Origin: Lytechinus pictus
Lineage: Eukaryota
Assembly: GCF_037042905.1 (NCBI RefSeq)
Contig: NC_087250.1
Coordinates: forward strand, 16,184,001-16,244,000
DNA length: 60,000 bases
Reading direction: 5' to 3'
Made by a program: the position numbers and the translations under genes. The notes beneath the pieces are model-generated. The model worked only from the letters and a program-made list of their open reading frames with translations, was not told the DNA's origin and searched no databases. Shown one piece after another: positions 50,801 to 58,939 of the stretch. The first letter of the stretch is position 1; every line of letters starts with the position of its first letter.

Positions 50801-53800
50801 TGCAGAGATCACGTTACAAAGTGCTCCGATTTCGGTTTGATTTTGCCGGGCTAAATTAAAAATAATAATAATGAGCGCCACCTATCTAGAAATATTCTAT
50901 TCCGAGGCACGTTATTATTATTATTACCCCGGCTTTAGCTCGAGCTGCCTTTCAGCGCTCATGAATTCAAGGAATTAATCTTGCCGGGTACTCATTCACC
51001 TTACCTGGGTTAAGTGCAAAACAATGTGGAGAAATTTCTGGCTGAAGGAAATTACGCCACGGCTGGGATTACGCTTGGATGTGGGCACAAAAGCTAGATG
51101 GACACACACAGTTACACGTTTTACCCCATCATGAAATTAAGGAGAACCATCATGTCTCTAGTCATTCTCAATTGATTTCATTCTTAGGTTGATTTTGGTC
51201 TTCGACGTTGGTTGACGGGCGCCCTCACACAAGGTGTGTTACAGTCATCAGAATGGAGTACATTGCTATCATTCTCTTATATCAACGAGAGCAACGGAAG
51301 ATCGTTCATTGCTGAACATGAGTGTAATTTACCGGGAGGAAAGGTATGGTTCTAAAGTACACAGCTTCAACACTGTGTGAACACATGGTAACCATGTGCA
51401 CGGCCACGGTCATGACGTTGCATGGAACATAGTATAGGGGGTGGGGCGCATACTGAAAGTAAACAATAGTGTGCATATTGTCAGCTGTCAATAAATAACA
51501 TCAAGATAAAGTATTATGTGAATGATATTTCTGTTCAAGTTCATTATGGTTGCGATAAATATCCCACTCATACATATGTCATCAACAGCATATTAGATTT
51601 GATTTCTTGTGTACATCTTTTCAACCTTTTCTTGTACAATTTCAGTTTCTTAAAATTATTTAAATTAAAGAAAAAAAGGAGCTTTAGTTACTTGATTTTA
51701 TTCAGTGTTTTCTTTCGGTCATTCTGCTTTATCCTGATACGTGGCAAGAATTGAATTTTTAATATGCATCACCAAATAAACGTTTGGTCTTCTTTTTCTT
51801 TCAGATTTTTCGAACTAACTTTGACAGCAATTCAATAGTGACTACCCTGTTTCCCAAGCCAATACTCTCAGCAAACATTCGAATCCACGTTGAGGGCAGC
51901 CATTCAAACAGCGCCCTCAGGTTTGAAATACTAGGTAAGATGAACACCCCTCGAAATAAAAACCAGTATACCGTTTTATAGAGACTCGTGATACATGTTA
52001 TAATAACAAATGCAAAGTTGTTATAACAAATTTACCACCAGCCAATCATAATGATTTCAGTAGCATTCAACTGCTATTGCAAATTTTATATTATAACACG
52101 GGTCGTGTGGTCCAGTGGATAGAGCATTGGACTCATAATCGCAAGGTTGTGACTTTGAATCCCCACTCTGCCATTGTCTCCACTTTGATAAAAAGGCCCA
52201 AGAGTAATATCTGTCGTCTATAAGGTCACGCAGCCACTATGACTGATTAACCTAGACGTAAAATGACTCCTAGGTAATTGGTTATATACCAGCTTGGCGT
52301 TTACAAGCAAAATGCTGTCCTGTCGAGTTCTTACGCGAGTTACCATAAACAGAAACAGAAACAAGTTTTAAGACGGCCCTTGAGCACCCTGGAGCTGCTT
52401 GCATAGTGGGTAAAACTTGGTAAAATTGACAACATATTCCAATTTGAGCCGAGTCATAGAGAAATATAAATATGTAAATATAATTGGATAAATACGCCGT
52501 TGTATATTTATATCTGATTGTTTTGAAGGGCTAAAAGTGGCTGCAAAAAGGCAAGTTGATCTCTGTGTTGGAAAAGTATCACTCTATAATTTTATACTAT
52601 TATTTGCAGCGATCAAATGGTATGTAACTTAATAACAATGCTTATCATGAAACGTAACAATGCAATCAGAATTACGGGCTCCAGAAGAAGGGGAAAATTG
52701 GCTAGCTATGTCGAATTTCAACGAAACTTTCATGATACGAGACCTTGATTATTACGATCGTGATAACTAATACTGTTACACATAAAACCTTCCGAATTCT
52801 TCAGCAACAATGACGAACGCAACTTTCTTTAATGATCAATACATGAGCTCAACTCATCTTGATATTGATTTTGTTGTCTTGAAGGGATGCAAGATATCGA
52901 CTGTAATGATCTGTATGTAAGTGGGCACACAGAGAGTGGCATGTATACTATTAGACCAGCTGACGATGATCAGTCGTTGAGGGCGTACTGCGATATGGTT
53001 TCTGATGAAGGCGGTTGGATGGTAAGTTTGATTTCTTTTTAAGAAATGGACACAGCAATCTAATTATCAATTGAACATACTTCAAATGATCAGTCGAGTT
53101 TAAGACAAATGAGCACTTTCCGTACGTACACACGATCGACGAATCAGAGCAGTTGTTTAGAGGATTACTCTGCCGAATTGTTACTGATACAAACTATTAA
53201 AAATATGTCTATCAATTAACTATTTGGGGTTTAAGTTCCCTTATTGTAAGTGTTTTAAAGCGATGTAAATATTAGGGAAAATAGATTTTCTTTCATTTTA
53301 TTGTCCTTTCCCCCATTTGTTTCTTGGGGGGAGGGGGGAGTTAAGAAGAGAGTTGCCACTCATATCATAAAGATTAATGCTTAACAGATTACGTTAAATT
53401 TTCAAAAAAAGATTATCAATTGCAATTTAGTTGAAAATCTTGGATAGTAGGGTCTAAGGTTTACAGTTGGGTGAAACAGTAATTAATTTTCATGTTCATG
53501 ATTATTGAGTTTAACCTAGCGCATGCAAAAATGAATTTTCAACCGTTATTGAAATAACATTTAAGTTTCTAATCTTTTCTAATGTTATGAAAAATACCAG
53601 ATCTTTCAGCGTCGAACGAATGGTAAAACATCTTTCTCCAAGACCTGGTCGGATTATGAAAATGGGTTTGGCGCCCTGACCGGTGAACACTGGATAGGAC
53701 TCAAGATTCTTACTAGGATCTTAGCTCAAAGGCCATATGAACTTCGTATTGAACTGGAGTACGCTAACGGGACCATGTATGTAGCCGACTACCCGGGTTT

Positions 53801-56800
53801 CTCGGTTAGTAATCGCTCAACCGGATATCGGCTTAATATCGACGAGCTTGAAGGCAGTTCAGGTAAGAATAATATTTATATTAAGTAATGAAGAATATCC
53901 CGGACAATACCGAGTAATGTCGACCGCGAATGCCGAGCAAATGATTAAGAGAAATAGAGCTAGCCAACCATGGGCGGAAATCTATCTCGAAAGGTAGGGG
54001 GGACAACGGGCTGATCCAGCTAGCCTTGGGGGGGGGGGGGGGGCAAAAACATTTTCAGCCATATGTTAATCCCCGATCGGCCGCTCGAAGGTAATTTTTG
54101 TCTGTTTCATTGAAGGAGTAGTCCTTATGGTCACTTTTTAGCTTTATTCTTATAAATCAACATAAATATATGATATCATTGTCCTTATTTATATAATGCG
54201 AGCGCGAAGCGCGAGCAAATTTTTTGGGGAAAATTTATGTATTTTTTCCCTAAAATTTGAACATTTTGGGCAATGTTTGTTATCCTGAAAAAGATGTATA
54301 TACAACTAAATATTTACCACGACCGCGAAGTGCGAGCAGAGGTTAACTGGTGGAAAAGGTACCTGTTAAAGACTGCTTGCAATTAGCCATGAAGACGTTA
54401 CATATTTCAACAATCAAATAATGCGAGCGCAAAGCGCGAGCTGAAATCAGTTTTTGAATTGTTTACCTAATGACTGGAAATTCTAAGCACTTTTTGTAAC
54501 TTAAACATATAATAGGTATATAACTAAACAATTGATGCGAACGCGAAGCGCGAGTGGAAAGTTGTGAGATTTAGACCTAAGAACGAGACACTCTATTCAT
54601 GTTTTGTAAATCATGAAAAGGATGAGTAATTGGGGGTCTTTCTTACACCCGGTCCTTACATAAATAAAGCGAGTGCAAAATGCAGCCAGAAAATGTTCAT
54701 ATACGTTTAATTTGAATTGATCGAAAAGGTACTTGTTAAGGACTGCTTGCACTTAGCCATGAAGACGTTACATATTTCAACAATCAATGCCAGCGCGAAT
54801 CGCGAGCTAAAAAATTTTGACATTTTTTCAAAAGAATCGAAAATTTTAATCAATTTTTGTAATCGTGAACAGGGTAGCTATATAACTAAACAATTGATGT
54901 AAGCGAAGCGTGAGCAGAAAAATTCGAGATTTAGACCTAAAAACGGGACACTCATGTTTTGTAAATCATGAAAAGGATGAGTAATATGGGATCTTTCTAC
55001 ATTAATAATGCGAGCACAAAATTTTTGATATTGTAATCTGAAACTGGATAATGATTTAAATAGAGAACAAATTGAATATCTGAATAAACATAAGCGTTTT
55101 TCAGATTTAGAACTAGAATCTCGGCATTTTACACATCTATCAGCGAGCGCGAAGCGCGAGCTTAAACTTTTTGATATTCTGATCTGAAAAAAAAAAGAGT
55201 CAATTTCAGCTATATATTTCATGCACTTTGTAGGAAAATTGTGAGGTGGATATGGATCACACTTAATATTTCATTATTATTTGAGTTTTGACATAGGACC
55301 GGGACATCCTTATAGGACAAGTCATATGAAAATGATGACTATCTTCCTATTCCTCTTACTAAGCGCGAGATGAAACAAAAGGGACAATTTAATCATTAAA
55401 TTTATATCTTATTTATTAACGCATTTTGCGGGCGAGAAATCTGATGATATTATGGCCTGAAAACTGGACATTTCAAGCACTTTTGTAATTAGGAATAGAA
55501 TGCATCAGTTAAAATATTTTTAACCATCAATGCGAGCGCAAATCGCGAGCCAAAATCTTTGATAAACTGTCATGAAAATCAATATTGAGACATACATAAA
55601 TCGCCAATCAAAATACAATTAGCACTATCTGCTACGTTTTGACAATCAGGCTTGAAAAGGGATATTTTCAATCTAAATGGAATACACAAAAATAATAGGT
55701 ACTGAATAAATCGAATTTTGCGAGCGCTCAGTGCGAGTAGAAAATGCCAATATTCAGACCATAAAGCTGTAACTTTTATAGATCACTTTTTTTAAAATCC
55801 GTTTGTAAATCACACAAAATAATGAAAGTTCGATTTCCGAGGTGAAATGTATAATGTATATTGACTTCCAAACATGATATTTAAGCTCCATATTGAAAAA
55901 TCACCTAACAGACAATGCGAGCGCGAAGCGCGAGCGAAAATTTTATACAGTGACATGAAAGATTCTTTCCAAGTTTTCACCTCATCTTATTTTATTCACT
56001 CTTGAAAATTTGACAAGCAAAATAAACAAAGGTTTTCACCCAAAATGTAAGGTCATTTAGTCCAAAATACATGTATTATTTCGAATGTGAATGATGCATT
56101 TTCTCCATCATAAAAGACCAAAAATAGTAGGGGGGACATTTGATATTGTGTCCCCCCTACTATTTTTGGTAGGGGGGACACGTCCCCCTGTCCCCCCTGG
56201 GATTTCCGCCCATGTAGCCAACAATGCCGATTGGGTATCGCTATCCTTGACTACTCATTTGACAATGTCATCTACTTTCAACAATTCCTGAGAATGTTGT
56301 TGCATGACATAGTGGCATGTATCTTTATTGAGAGTTTGGTAGGACAATATAATTATGTTTACCTTCGCACGGGCTGTATGAGTTATATTAATGATACATT
56401 AATGAGTGTATAATTCATCGATATCGATAGCTAGTATCGATCCATGCGTGTTACGTTTTTTAAATGTACGTTCCTCACCTAGAATATAACAAATTTTATT
56501 AACAACCTTTGTTGATGAAATAAATATGTCATGGGCATGACTGCTTTGTGTTTGCAACCGCCCTGATTGTAAGGATGCTATACTTGAAAAATCAATCACC
56601 TTGTAAATAATTTATTCACCTTGACTTTAAAATCAAGTACATGTGGGTCTTCTTATTTCGTAGCTCATATTTCATAACATAGCTCATTGCCAGTAAATAA
56701 AGAAGCAAGGTTTTTATCGATGTGGACGACAAATCAATCTATTATTATAAAAGAGATTGTTAAAATGGCGTAAAATCAATATTAAACAAACTTTAACTCT

Positions 56801-57387
56801 TTGTGTTTTGCCGTATTTCTAAATAAATGATTTTTATCAAATTTCATTCATAACAATATACTTGTTTTTATCTTTGACTAAATATCTAAATTGAGGAAGA
56901 TAGTGAAAAAAACCAATGGGCCTACGCAATATTGTTTCGAGGTTTGCTATGTTTTGCAGTTAAAAGAGTGGATTTTTATTTTCCTTCCTTTATATATAGC
57001 TGACACCGGTATCATCATTGAATATTGATTGAGATAATTGAAAACTGGATCGGACAGTGAAATGATGTAGATGAATGAATAACCAGCTTACGTTAATGTG
57101 TACAGCTGATTATACAAAAACTAAATAAATTGAATCATCTTGCTGTGTAACACAGTAATTGGATTTTCACTGTTTAATACGTTCATTCCTTGAATAAAAT
57201 ATACTTTTAGGACTACGACATGTTTGCTTAGAAGGGTTCTTCTCAGATAGTAGTAGTAGGAGTATCAAAATCAAGTAGTAATGCAAAGATATGTGTTTGT
57301 AACAAAAGAAGTACATATAGTAGCAGCAGAACGTAGTGATAGTAGTAGTAGTTGTAGTAGTAGTAGTGGTAGTAGAAGTAGTAGTAT

Positions 57388-57441
<54 letters not shown>

Positions 57442-58796
57442 AAGAAGTAGGAGCAGCAACATCGATTACAGAAATAGAAGTGCAAAAATTGGTGTTAGTT
57501 ACACAAATAGTAGCAGTATAGTCTAAAGTAATAGTAGTAGTAGCAGCAGCAGCAGCAGAAGTCAGTGGTAGTAGCAGCAGTAGTTGTAGTTGTAGTAGTA
57601 GAAGTAGTATAATCAGTAGCAGGAGCAGCAGCGGTAGTAGTTAAAGTAGTAGTATAAAGTACCAGTAGAAGTAGTAGTAGCAGCAGCAGCAGCAGCAATC
57701 TTAGTAATTAGTCTGCTAAGCAAACCTTTCATTGAGTTAAGGGTCTGAATGTGCAGCCTATCAATGGTATTGTGTACTGATAGCCCTCTCGCTTTATATT
57801 CAGTGTTATTTTTGTATGTGTTAGTCTTTGCGTGGAGACTCACTTGTTAATCAAAGTTTCAATCGGGGTCTGTACCTGCAGACTAAGTAGAAGCAGCACC
57901 AGTAGTAGTAGAAGCAGCAGTATTCATGGTAGTATTAGTATAGATAAGTAGTATTACTAGTAGTAGTAGTAGTAGTAGCAACAGCAGCAGTAGTAGTAGT
58001 TCTAGCAGTAGCAGCTCTACAATTACTACTACTAAGGGCCCCATTCCACAGAGGGGAGACCTTTGAAGGACCTTTCAAAGACAAAAAATTGACATGGTCT
58101 TACAGCAGTCTTTCAGAGGTCTTGCTCTCTGTGGAATGGGAGTTTAAGTGGAGGAGTATATATAAATTGTGTATATCAAAGAATTCAGATCGAGTTAAAA
58201 GTCACGTACAAAGTAAGGAGGGAATGTTTCTTTGATAATAGCAATGCTGACCAACCGACACCATCTGATTATTTCCTATTATCGTCCACAAATCACTCGC
58301 AATTGACCAAAATCAGATTTAGATGGCGTATACCCAGAATAAATCTAAATGCCTTTTTAATGGCAGGCATTTGATCATTACGCAGATCAGTACAGCTGAG
58401 TCTTCGATTAAAAAATCAATTCAACAGCTCTTGACAGCTCAAACTAGTAATTTGCCATAACGGGAAGCACCAAAGAGTTGGTTAGTCGATTTATTTTAAC
58501 TTTCATTTTCATCCAATCTTCTTTTCTTCCCATAATGCTCAGATGACCCACTTGCCTACCACAACGGAAAATCCTTCGTGACCCCTGATCAGTTGCCTAG
58601 TAACGAGATGCCTTCATGTGATGGACCACGCCCATCTGGCGGATGGTGGTACGTCGGGCAATGCGATGGTCGCGTGAATCTGAACGGTTTGTATCCAGGT
58701 ATGACTGGTGACGTCACACGTGAGATGTATTGCGAGGTTCCAAATGACGGTTCCCCTTTGATATACACACAGATGAAGATCAAACCAATATCCTAA
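8840..58796 (+). CDS. Multi-exon gene (>=32 coding exons, ~1970 aa, 5' exon missing) for a large, probably secreted EGF/SRCR/FA58C/MAM/fibrinogen-like/PAN mosaic protein
   Basis: Manual exon chain with AG/GT boundaries and consistent intron phases. Exon lengths sum to 5913 nt (divisible by 3), ending at TAA 58794-58796. Recognisable domain motifs in nearly every exon; no transmembrane segment seen. Confidence 0.85.
9217..9417 (+). CDS. Exon 2: N-terminal region with 3 Cys, no recognised domain
   Basis: ttttcag acceptor, g|gtaat donor, 201 nt phase 1-1, open frame [15 protein letters not shown]...LYCAHP. Confidence 0.7.
9612..10205. mobile_element. Kolobok-like MITE, second copy (opposite orientation)
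   Basis: aggacaagtccaccccaacaaaaag end and internal inverted arms match 21018-21610. Confidence 0.78.
10322..10426 (+). CDS. Exon 3: EGF-like domain
   Basis: [33 protein letters not shown], six-Cys EGF pattern; 105 nt phase 1-1. Confidence 0.92.
10671..10827. mobile_element. Short palindromic MITE
   Basis: cctcagtcacaattgctctac..tacggcgagtcgaaaa mirrored by ttttcgactcgccgtac..gtagagcaaatgtgaccgagg. Confidence 0.7.
11245..11574 (+). CDS. Exon 4: divergent SRCR-like domain
   Basis: W...[10 protein letters not shown]...[12 protein letters not shown]...VGVIC pattern; 330 nt phase 1-1. Confidence 0.8.
12132..12448 (+). CDS. Exon 5: FA58C/discoidin domain 1, N part
   Basis: [18 protein letters not shown]...ARL...QWLQVDL...[12 protein letters not shown] sites. 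Confidence 0.92.
12885..13041 (+). CDS. Exon 6: FA58C domain 1, C part
   Basis: YFPGNVD...[23 protein letters not shown]; donor gtaag. Confidence 0.9.
13351..13491 (+). CDS. Exon 7: MAM domain 1, part A
   Basis: [21 protein letters not shown]...PAHDH; not in ORF track; cttttcag / gtgagt sites. Confidence 0.9.
13820..14061 (+). CDS. Exon 8: MAM domain 1, part B
   Basis: GAYVVM...AKLQSP...[20 protein letters not shown]...GNQGDRW; gtaagt donor. Confidence 0.92.
14916..15102. mobile_element. Harbinger-like MITE, internally deleted copy
   Basis: gccctttcaca .. tgtgaaaggccc ends; longer relative at ~42989-43470. Confidence 0.6.
15583..15706 (+). CDS. Exon 9: MAM domain 1, part C
   Basis: FYITFEG...[16 protein letters not shown]; gtaagt donor. 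Confidence 0.9.
16016..16159 (+). CDS. Exon 10: MAM domain 2, part A
   Basis: [21 protein letters not shown]...PQHDHS. Confidence 0.88.
17170..17417 (+). CDS. Exon 11: MAM domain 2, part B
   Basis: GRYLYI...ARIASP...ICFSFWYY...W. Confidence 0.9.
17928..18045 (+). CDS. Exon 12: MAM domain 2, part C
   Basis: PFYMVIVG...[13 protein letters not shown]; gtaag donor. Confidence 0.87.
18246..18488. mobile_element. Short hAT-like MITE (GGCGGATCC family)
   Basis: CAGGGGCGGATCC start; 8-bp TSD AGTG(A/C)AGA. Confidence 0.7.
18723..18880 (+). mobile_element. tRNA-derived SINE, degenerate copy
   Basis: gggtcatgtggcccggtggttagag head; shared ctataaggtca..gccactat..tgattaa..tagacgtaa body. Confidence 0.6.
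19102..19155 (+). CDS. Exon 13: 54-nt linker exon
   Basis: tatcag acceptor, g|gtaag donor, phase 1-1, [17 protein letters not shown]. Confidence 0.65.
19721..19849 (+). CDS. Exon 14: Caspr/neurexin-IV-type fibrinogen-like domain, part A
   Basis: [36 protein letters not shown]. Confidence 0.9.
21018..21610. mobile_element. Kolobok-like MITE
   Basis: TTAA TSD, AGG..CCT ends, long imperfect TIRs; second copy at ~9612-10205. Confidence 0.8.
21865..21940 (-). mobile_element. tRNA-like SINE head
   Basis: Minus strand ggtgccgtggccgagtggtctaagg (A box) .. gggatcgatctcc (degenerate B box). Confidence 0.5.
23316..24070. mobile_element. piggyBac-like MITE
   Basis: TTAA|CCCTAGTTCTCCCGGGG ... CCCCGGGAGATTTATGG|TTAA. 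Confidence 0.65.
24277..24840 (+). repeat. Local tandem duplication (~353-bp period) including a GGCGGATCC MITE
   Basis: ctagcatagt..ttttggagtgacgttctttctcacaatg at 24277 and 24630. Confidence 0.8.
24890..25735. repeat. Purine-rich low-complexity tract
   Basis: A/G-dominated + strand. Confidence 0.8.
27158..27372. mobile_element. Degenerate short MITE
   Basis: gggtctgtcgcgtcgtttcgtaaaagccttg versus caaggcttgcacggaacgatgtgatagggcc imperfect IR. Confidence 0.5.
30362..31465 (+). CDS. LINE ORF1 (coiled coil plus L1-ORF1-like RRM region), 367 aa
   Basis: Heptad region followed by [12 protein letters not shown]...AHRI...PIIIRF...IRTDLP motifs typical of LINE ORF1 proteins. Confidence 0.88.
   Translation: MSQGKNSYNLRKQTDPKKSAKISKFSSKMESTPTPSVKRKPPKLPSLTPDPRNNDHVTNDPPNADRSPIIEAIGELKTMFTGLSVEVNKVNAKLDCVIDELNAIKRDLSSTKESVSELKVSVSLAHDKITDIENDAIPLLKSEIDKNKEDMETKLNLLEIHDRKQNLLCYGIPESKPENIFAVVQDIFCHFLRVSREEAAKIPISNAHRIPSTNRPKQFGGNRNVPMAATPDPIIIRFVRIPDRDRLLNAFERQPRRPRSDHTDIQTPADTPTDAHATPPFGYAAAASATTPEDNPAFSRVTIRTDLPPNLKRERGRLASIAYNLRREKNVSTRIRLIGAKLFLQTRKISRNGNPHQTTWSNWSPAT
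32240..34920 (+). repeat. Tandem repeats inside the LINE inter-ORF spacer (~780-bp duplication plus ~330-bp unit x ~3.5)
   Basis: tcgtcaaagtttatttaataagccaacatgc recurs at ~32342 and ~33123; caataa(g/t)actcaatgttaatgc recurs at ~33720, 34047, 34381 and 34715. Confidence 0.88.
35491..38601 (+). CDS. LINE ORF2: APE endonuclease plus reverse transcriptase, 1036 aa
   Basis: IGLTETW, YRPP, MGDFN, TDHFP (APE); [35 protein letters not shown] (RT); no stops. Confidence 0.97.
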   Translation: MANNVTPGTDLTNDDFLNVFQSLMHSHSNDRDSDFVNNMISTLNSNNLDFVAPFDENEQEQVNPSSYYTENQLVSHFSNLDKTVFSMFHTNIRSMNSNFECLRNLLDHRLNLNCSVIGLTETWLSDTPHSLYSLQGYDLIVNNRPNRQGGGVALYIKTDFNYTKKNVLNHVNDSIETIFVEIEFVGRKNIVIGIIYRPPNSSHNDFLLNLENILSNPILRSKDCFLMGDFNANLLKYDSDSFVQEFYGTFLTSSFIPLISKPTRISEHSSTLIDNIFTNMHPFPHAGVVISDITDHFPIFANFQILQQTQQPSKIYTRFFSEGNINTFKERLDELDWGNIYNMTDVNNCFNDFMDKLTNLFNECLPVRQSNQRSRKRSPRSPWITTSLLRCINRKNNLYLKHKAKPTVNNKSRYLNYKNTLTGLLRREKKNYFSCQFTKCKRDARNTWKIINEVLNKHEKKNAVSKIKIDNRIIDNVQEISDHFNNFFVEIGPNLASKIPDSNKSFHEYLPNPNPNSMFFAPVDESEILDIVNNLHSKRSCGHDGFDNAITKNIISCIIEPFTYICNLSLRTGVFPNRMKLAKIIPIFKKGDPLLISNYRPISLLSTFSKILEKIVFSRTIDFLNNNEILTCCQFGFRKHHNTSHAILSLINKVANSFDKGSHTIGMFLDFSKAFDTIDHQILLYKLSHYGIRGIVLDWFRNYLHERQQYVSIENHASQLRNINCGVPQGSILGPLLFILYINDFNRSSDLFSFIMYADDTNLFLSHSNIETLYQIVNSELNFVSTWVKANKLSLNLEKTNFMLFSNTFNELPYPILIDNIQIKQATTTKFLGTFIDDKLSWKYHINNICKVISRNVGVINKLKWVFPPNILKSLYSTLVLPHLNYGILAWGNSATYMLNKVLLLQKKAMRIINQVDFRHHTDGLFQSNNTLKIYDIYRLNLAILMYQYNNQGLPSIFNNIFRVNNEIHRYPTRQINLYHLPRTRTAFTQNTFIFTAPKFWNSLPLNTRESLSIGTFKFKVKKSLLAPYSQQTSIT
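40244..40401 (+). CDS. Exon 15: Caspr-type fibrinogen-like domain, part B
   Basis: IMVFTHN...[26 protein letters not shown]; phase 1-0. Confidence 0.87.
41037..41157 (+). CDS. Exon 16: Caspr-type fibrinogen-like domain, part C
   Basis: [26 protein letters not shown]. Confidence 0.9.
41187..41424. mobile_element. CACTG-ended MITE
   Basis: ta|cactgtaaaaactgtggtgttaa .. ttaacaccacagttttttgctgtg|ta inverted ends. Confidence 0.65.
42016..42210 (+). CDS. Exon 17: Caspr-type fibrinogen-like domain, part D
   Basis: CNCDG...[22 protein letters not shown]...TLGPLYCKG. Confidence 0.9.
42527..42763 (+). CDS. Exon 18: PAN/apple domain
   Basis: [29 protein letters not shown]; 237 nt phase 1-1. Confidence 0.85.
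42989..43470. mobile_element. Harbinger-like MITE
   Basis: gccctttcacac .. gtgtgaaaagaccc ends; shares arms with 14916-15102. Confidence 0.6.
43532..43687 (+). CDS. Exon 19: MAM domain 3, part A
   Basis: [21 protein letters not shown]...TGPLRDH; 156 nt phase 1-1. Confidence 0.87.
44068..44400 (+). CDS. Exon 20: SRCR domain
   Basis: [26 protein letters not shown]...LCQSLGF...[11 protein letters not shown]...[11 protein letters not shown]. Confidence 0.93.
44630..45017 (+). mobile_element. tRNA-derived SINE with (GAA)n tail
   Basis: A box TAGCTCAGTCGG, B box GGTTCGAGTCC, ~300-nt body, GAA tail. Confidence 0.8.
45297..45605 (+). CDS. Exon 21: SRCR domain (group A, 6 Cys)
   Basis: [25 protein letters not shown]...[10 protein letters not shown]...[15 protein letters not shown]...[11 protein letters not shown]. 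Confidence 0.95.
46318..46556. mobile_element. CACTG-ended MITE
   Basis: ta|cactgcaaaaactctggtgttga .. tcaacaccggagtttttgcagtg|ta inverted ends. Confidence 0.7.
46648..46919 (+). CDS. Exon 22: MAM domain 3, part B
   Basis: GSYLYIDSS...TRLQSP...[10 protein letters not shown]...LRVYV...GNHGEQW; not in ORF track. Confidence 0.9.
47430..47553 (+). CDS. Exon 23: MAM domain 3, part C
   Basis: [30 protein letters not shown]. Confidence 0.9.
47620..47880. repeat. Compound (TA)n-(CTA)n microsatellite
   Basis: Direct reading. Confidence 0.95.
48070..48216 (+). CDS. Exon 24: MAM domain 4, part A
   Basis: [22 protein letters not shown]...PPYDNT. Confidence 0.9.
48326..48600. mobile_element. Short hAT-like MITE (GGCGGATCC family)
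   Basis: cagtcacggatcc .. gaatccgcctctg; 8-bp TSD AATGT(G/T)GA. Confidence 0.7.
49171..49433 (+). CDS. Exon 25: MAM domain 4, part B
   Basis: GYYMYFDS...ARLWTP...[19 protein letters not shown]...GPQGFEW. Confidence 0.92.
49838..49934 (+). CDS. Exon 26: MAM domain 4, part C
   Basis: [27 protein letters not shown]. Confidence 0.88.
50376..50575 (+). CDS. Exon 27: FA58C domain 2, part A
   Basis: C...[17 protein letters not shown]...ARLN...GGW...SWIE. Confidence 0.9.
50861..51070 (-). mobile_element. SINE fragment
   Basis: Minus strand aatcccagccgtggcgtaatttccttc..acccaggt..gaatgagtaccc resembles a SINE central region; (AAT)n segments. Confidence 0.5.
51188..51343 (+). CDS. Exon 28: FA58C domain 2, part B
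   Basis: [16 protein letters not shown]...; phase 0-0. Confidence 0.87.
51805..51934 (+). CDS. Exon 29: FA58C domain 2, part C
   Basis: [12 protein letters not shown]...IRIH...ALRFEILG. Confidence 0.9.
52100..52365 (+). mobile_element. tRNA-derived SINE
   Basis: gggtcgtgtggtccagtggatagagc head, degenerate B box, (AAACAG)n tail; related to 18723-18880. Confidence 0.7.
52885..53021 (+). CDS. Exon 30: fibrinogen C-terminal (FReD) domain, part A
   Basis: [20 protein letters not shown]...[13 protein letters not shown]. Confidence 0.92.
53601..53862 (+). CDS. Exon 31: FReD domain, part B
   Basis: [34 protein letters not shown]...YELRIEL. Confidence 0.93.
53969..56214. mobile_element. hAT-like non-autonomous element, second copy
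   Basis: TIR CATGGGCGGAAATC / GATTTCCGCCCATG; 8-bp TSD TAGCCAAC. Confidence 0.9.
57245..58035. repeat. Interrupted (TAG)n/(CAG)n microsatellite region
   Basis: Direct reading. Confidence 0.9.
57708..57886. mobile_element. ~175-bp MITE, second copy, within a TAG microsatellite
   Basis: Same TIRs and internal sequence as 5313-5484. Confidence 0.65.
58036..58141. mobile_element. Short palindromic MITE
   Basis: cccattccacagag .. ctctgtggaatggg inverted ends. Confidence 0.55.
58543..58796 (+). CDS. Exon 32 (terminal): FReD domain, part C, stop TAA
   Basis: [13 protein letters not shown]...GGWWY...C...NLNGLY...TQMKIKP*. Confidence 0.9.
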
Positions 58797-58939
58797 AGGC
58801 TGTATGCCAAATTCGCCTTGTATATCACCTGCTGACTTCGTTTGGTCCTATAAACGTGATGAATCCGTTTGTGCACTTATATGTGTCTTAGCAAAAAAAA
58901 ATCGCCACCAGCACCTTAATATAGCGATAATATTGAGAC

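Noticed and set aside
57271..57843. Poly-L/V/S ORFs
   Set aside because: TAG/CAG microsatellite artefacts.
8840..58796. Assigning a gene symbol such as CNTNAP/NrxIV, MALRD1, DMBT1 or neuropilin
   Set aside because: Individual domains are shared, but laminin-G, LDLa, CUB, ZP and TM segments are not seen; the architecture matches none of them.
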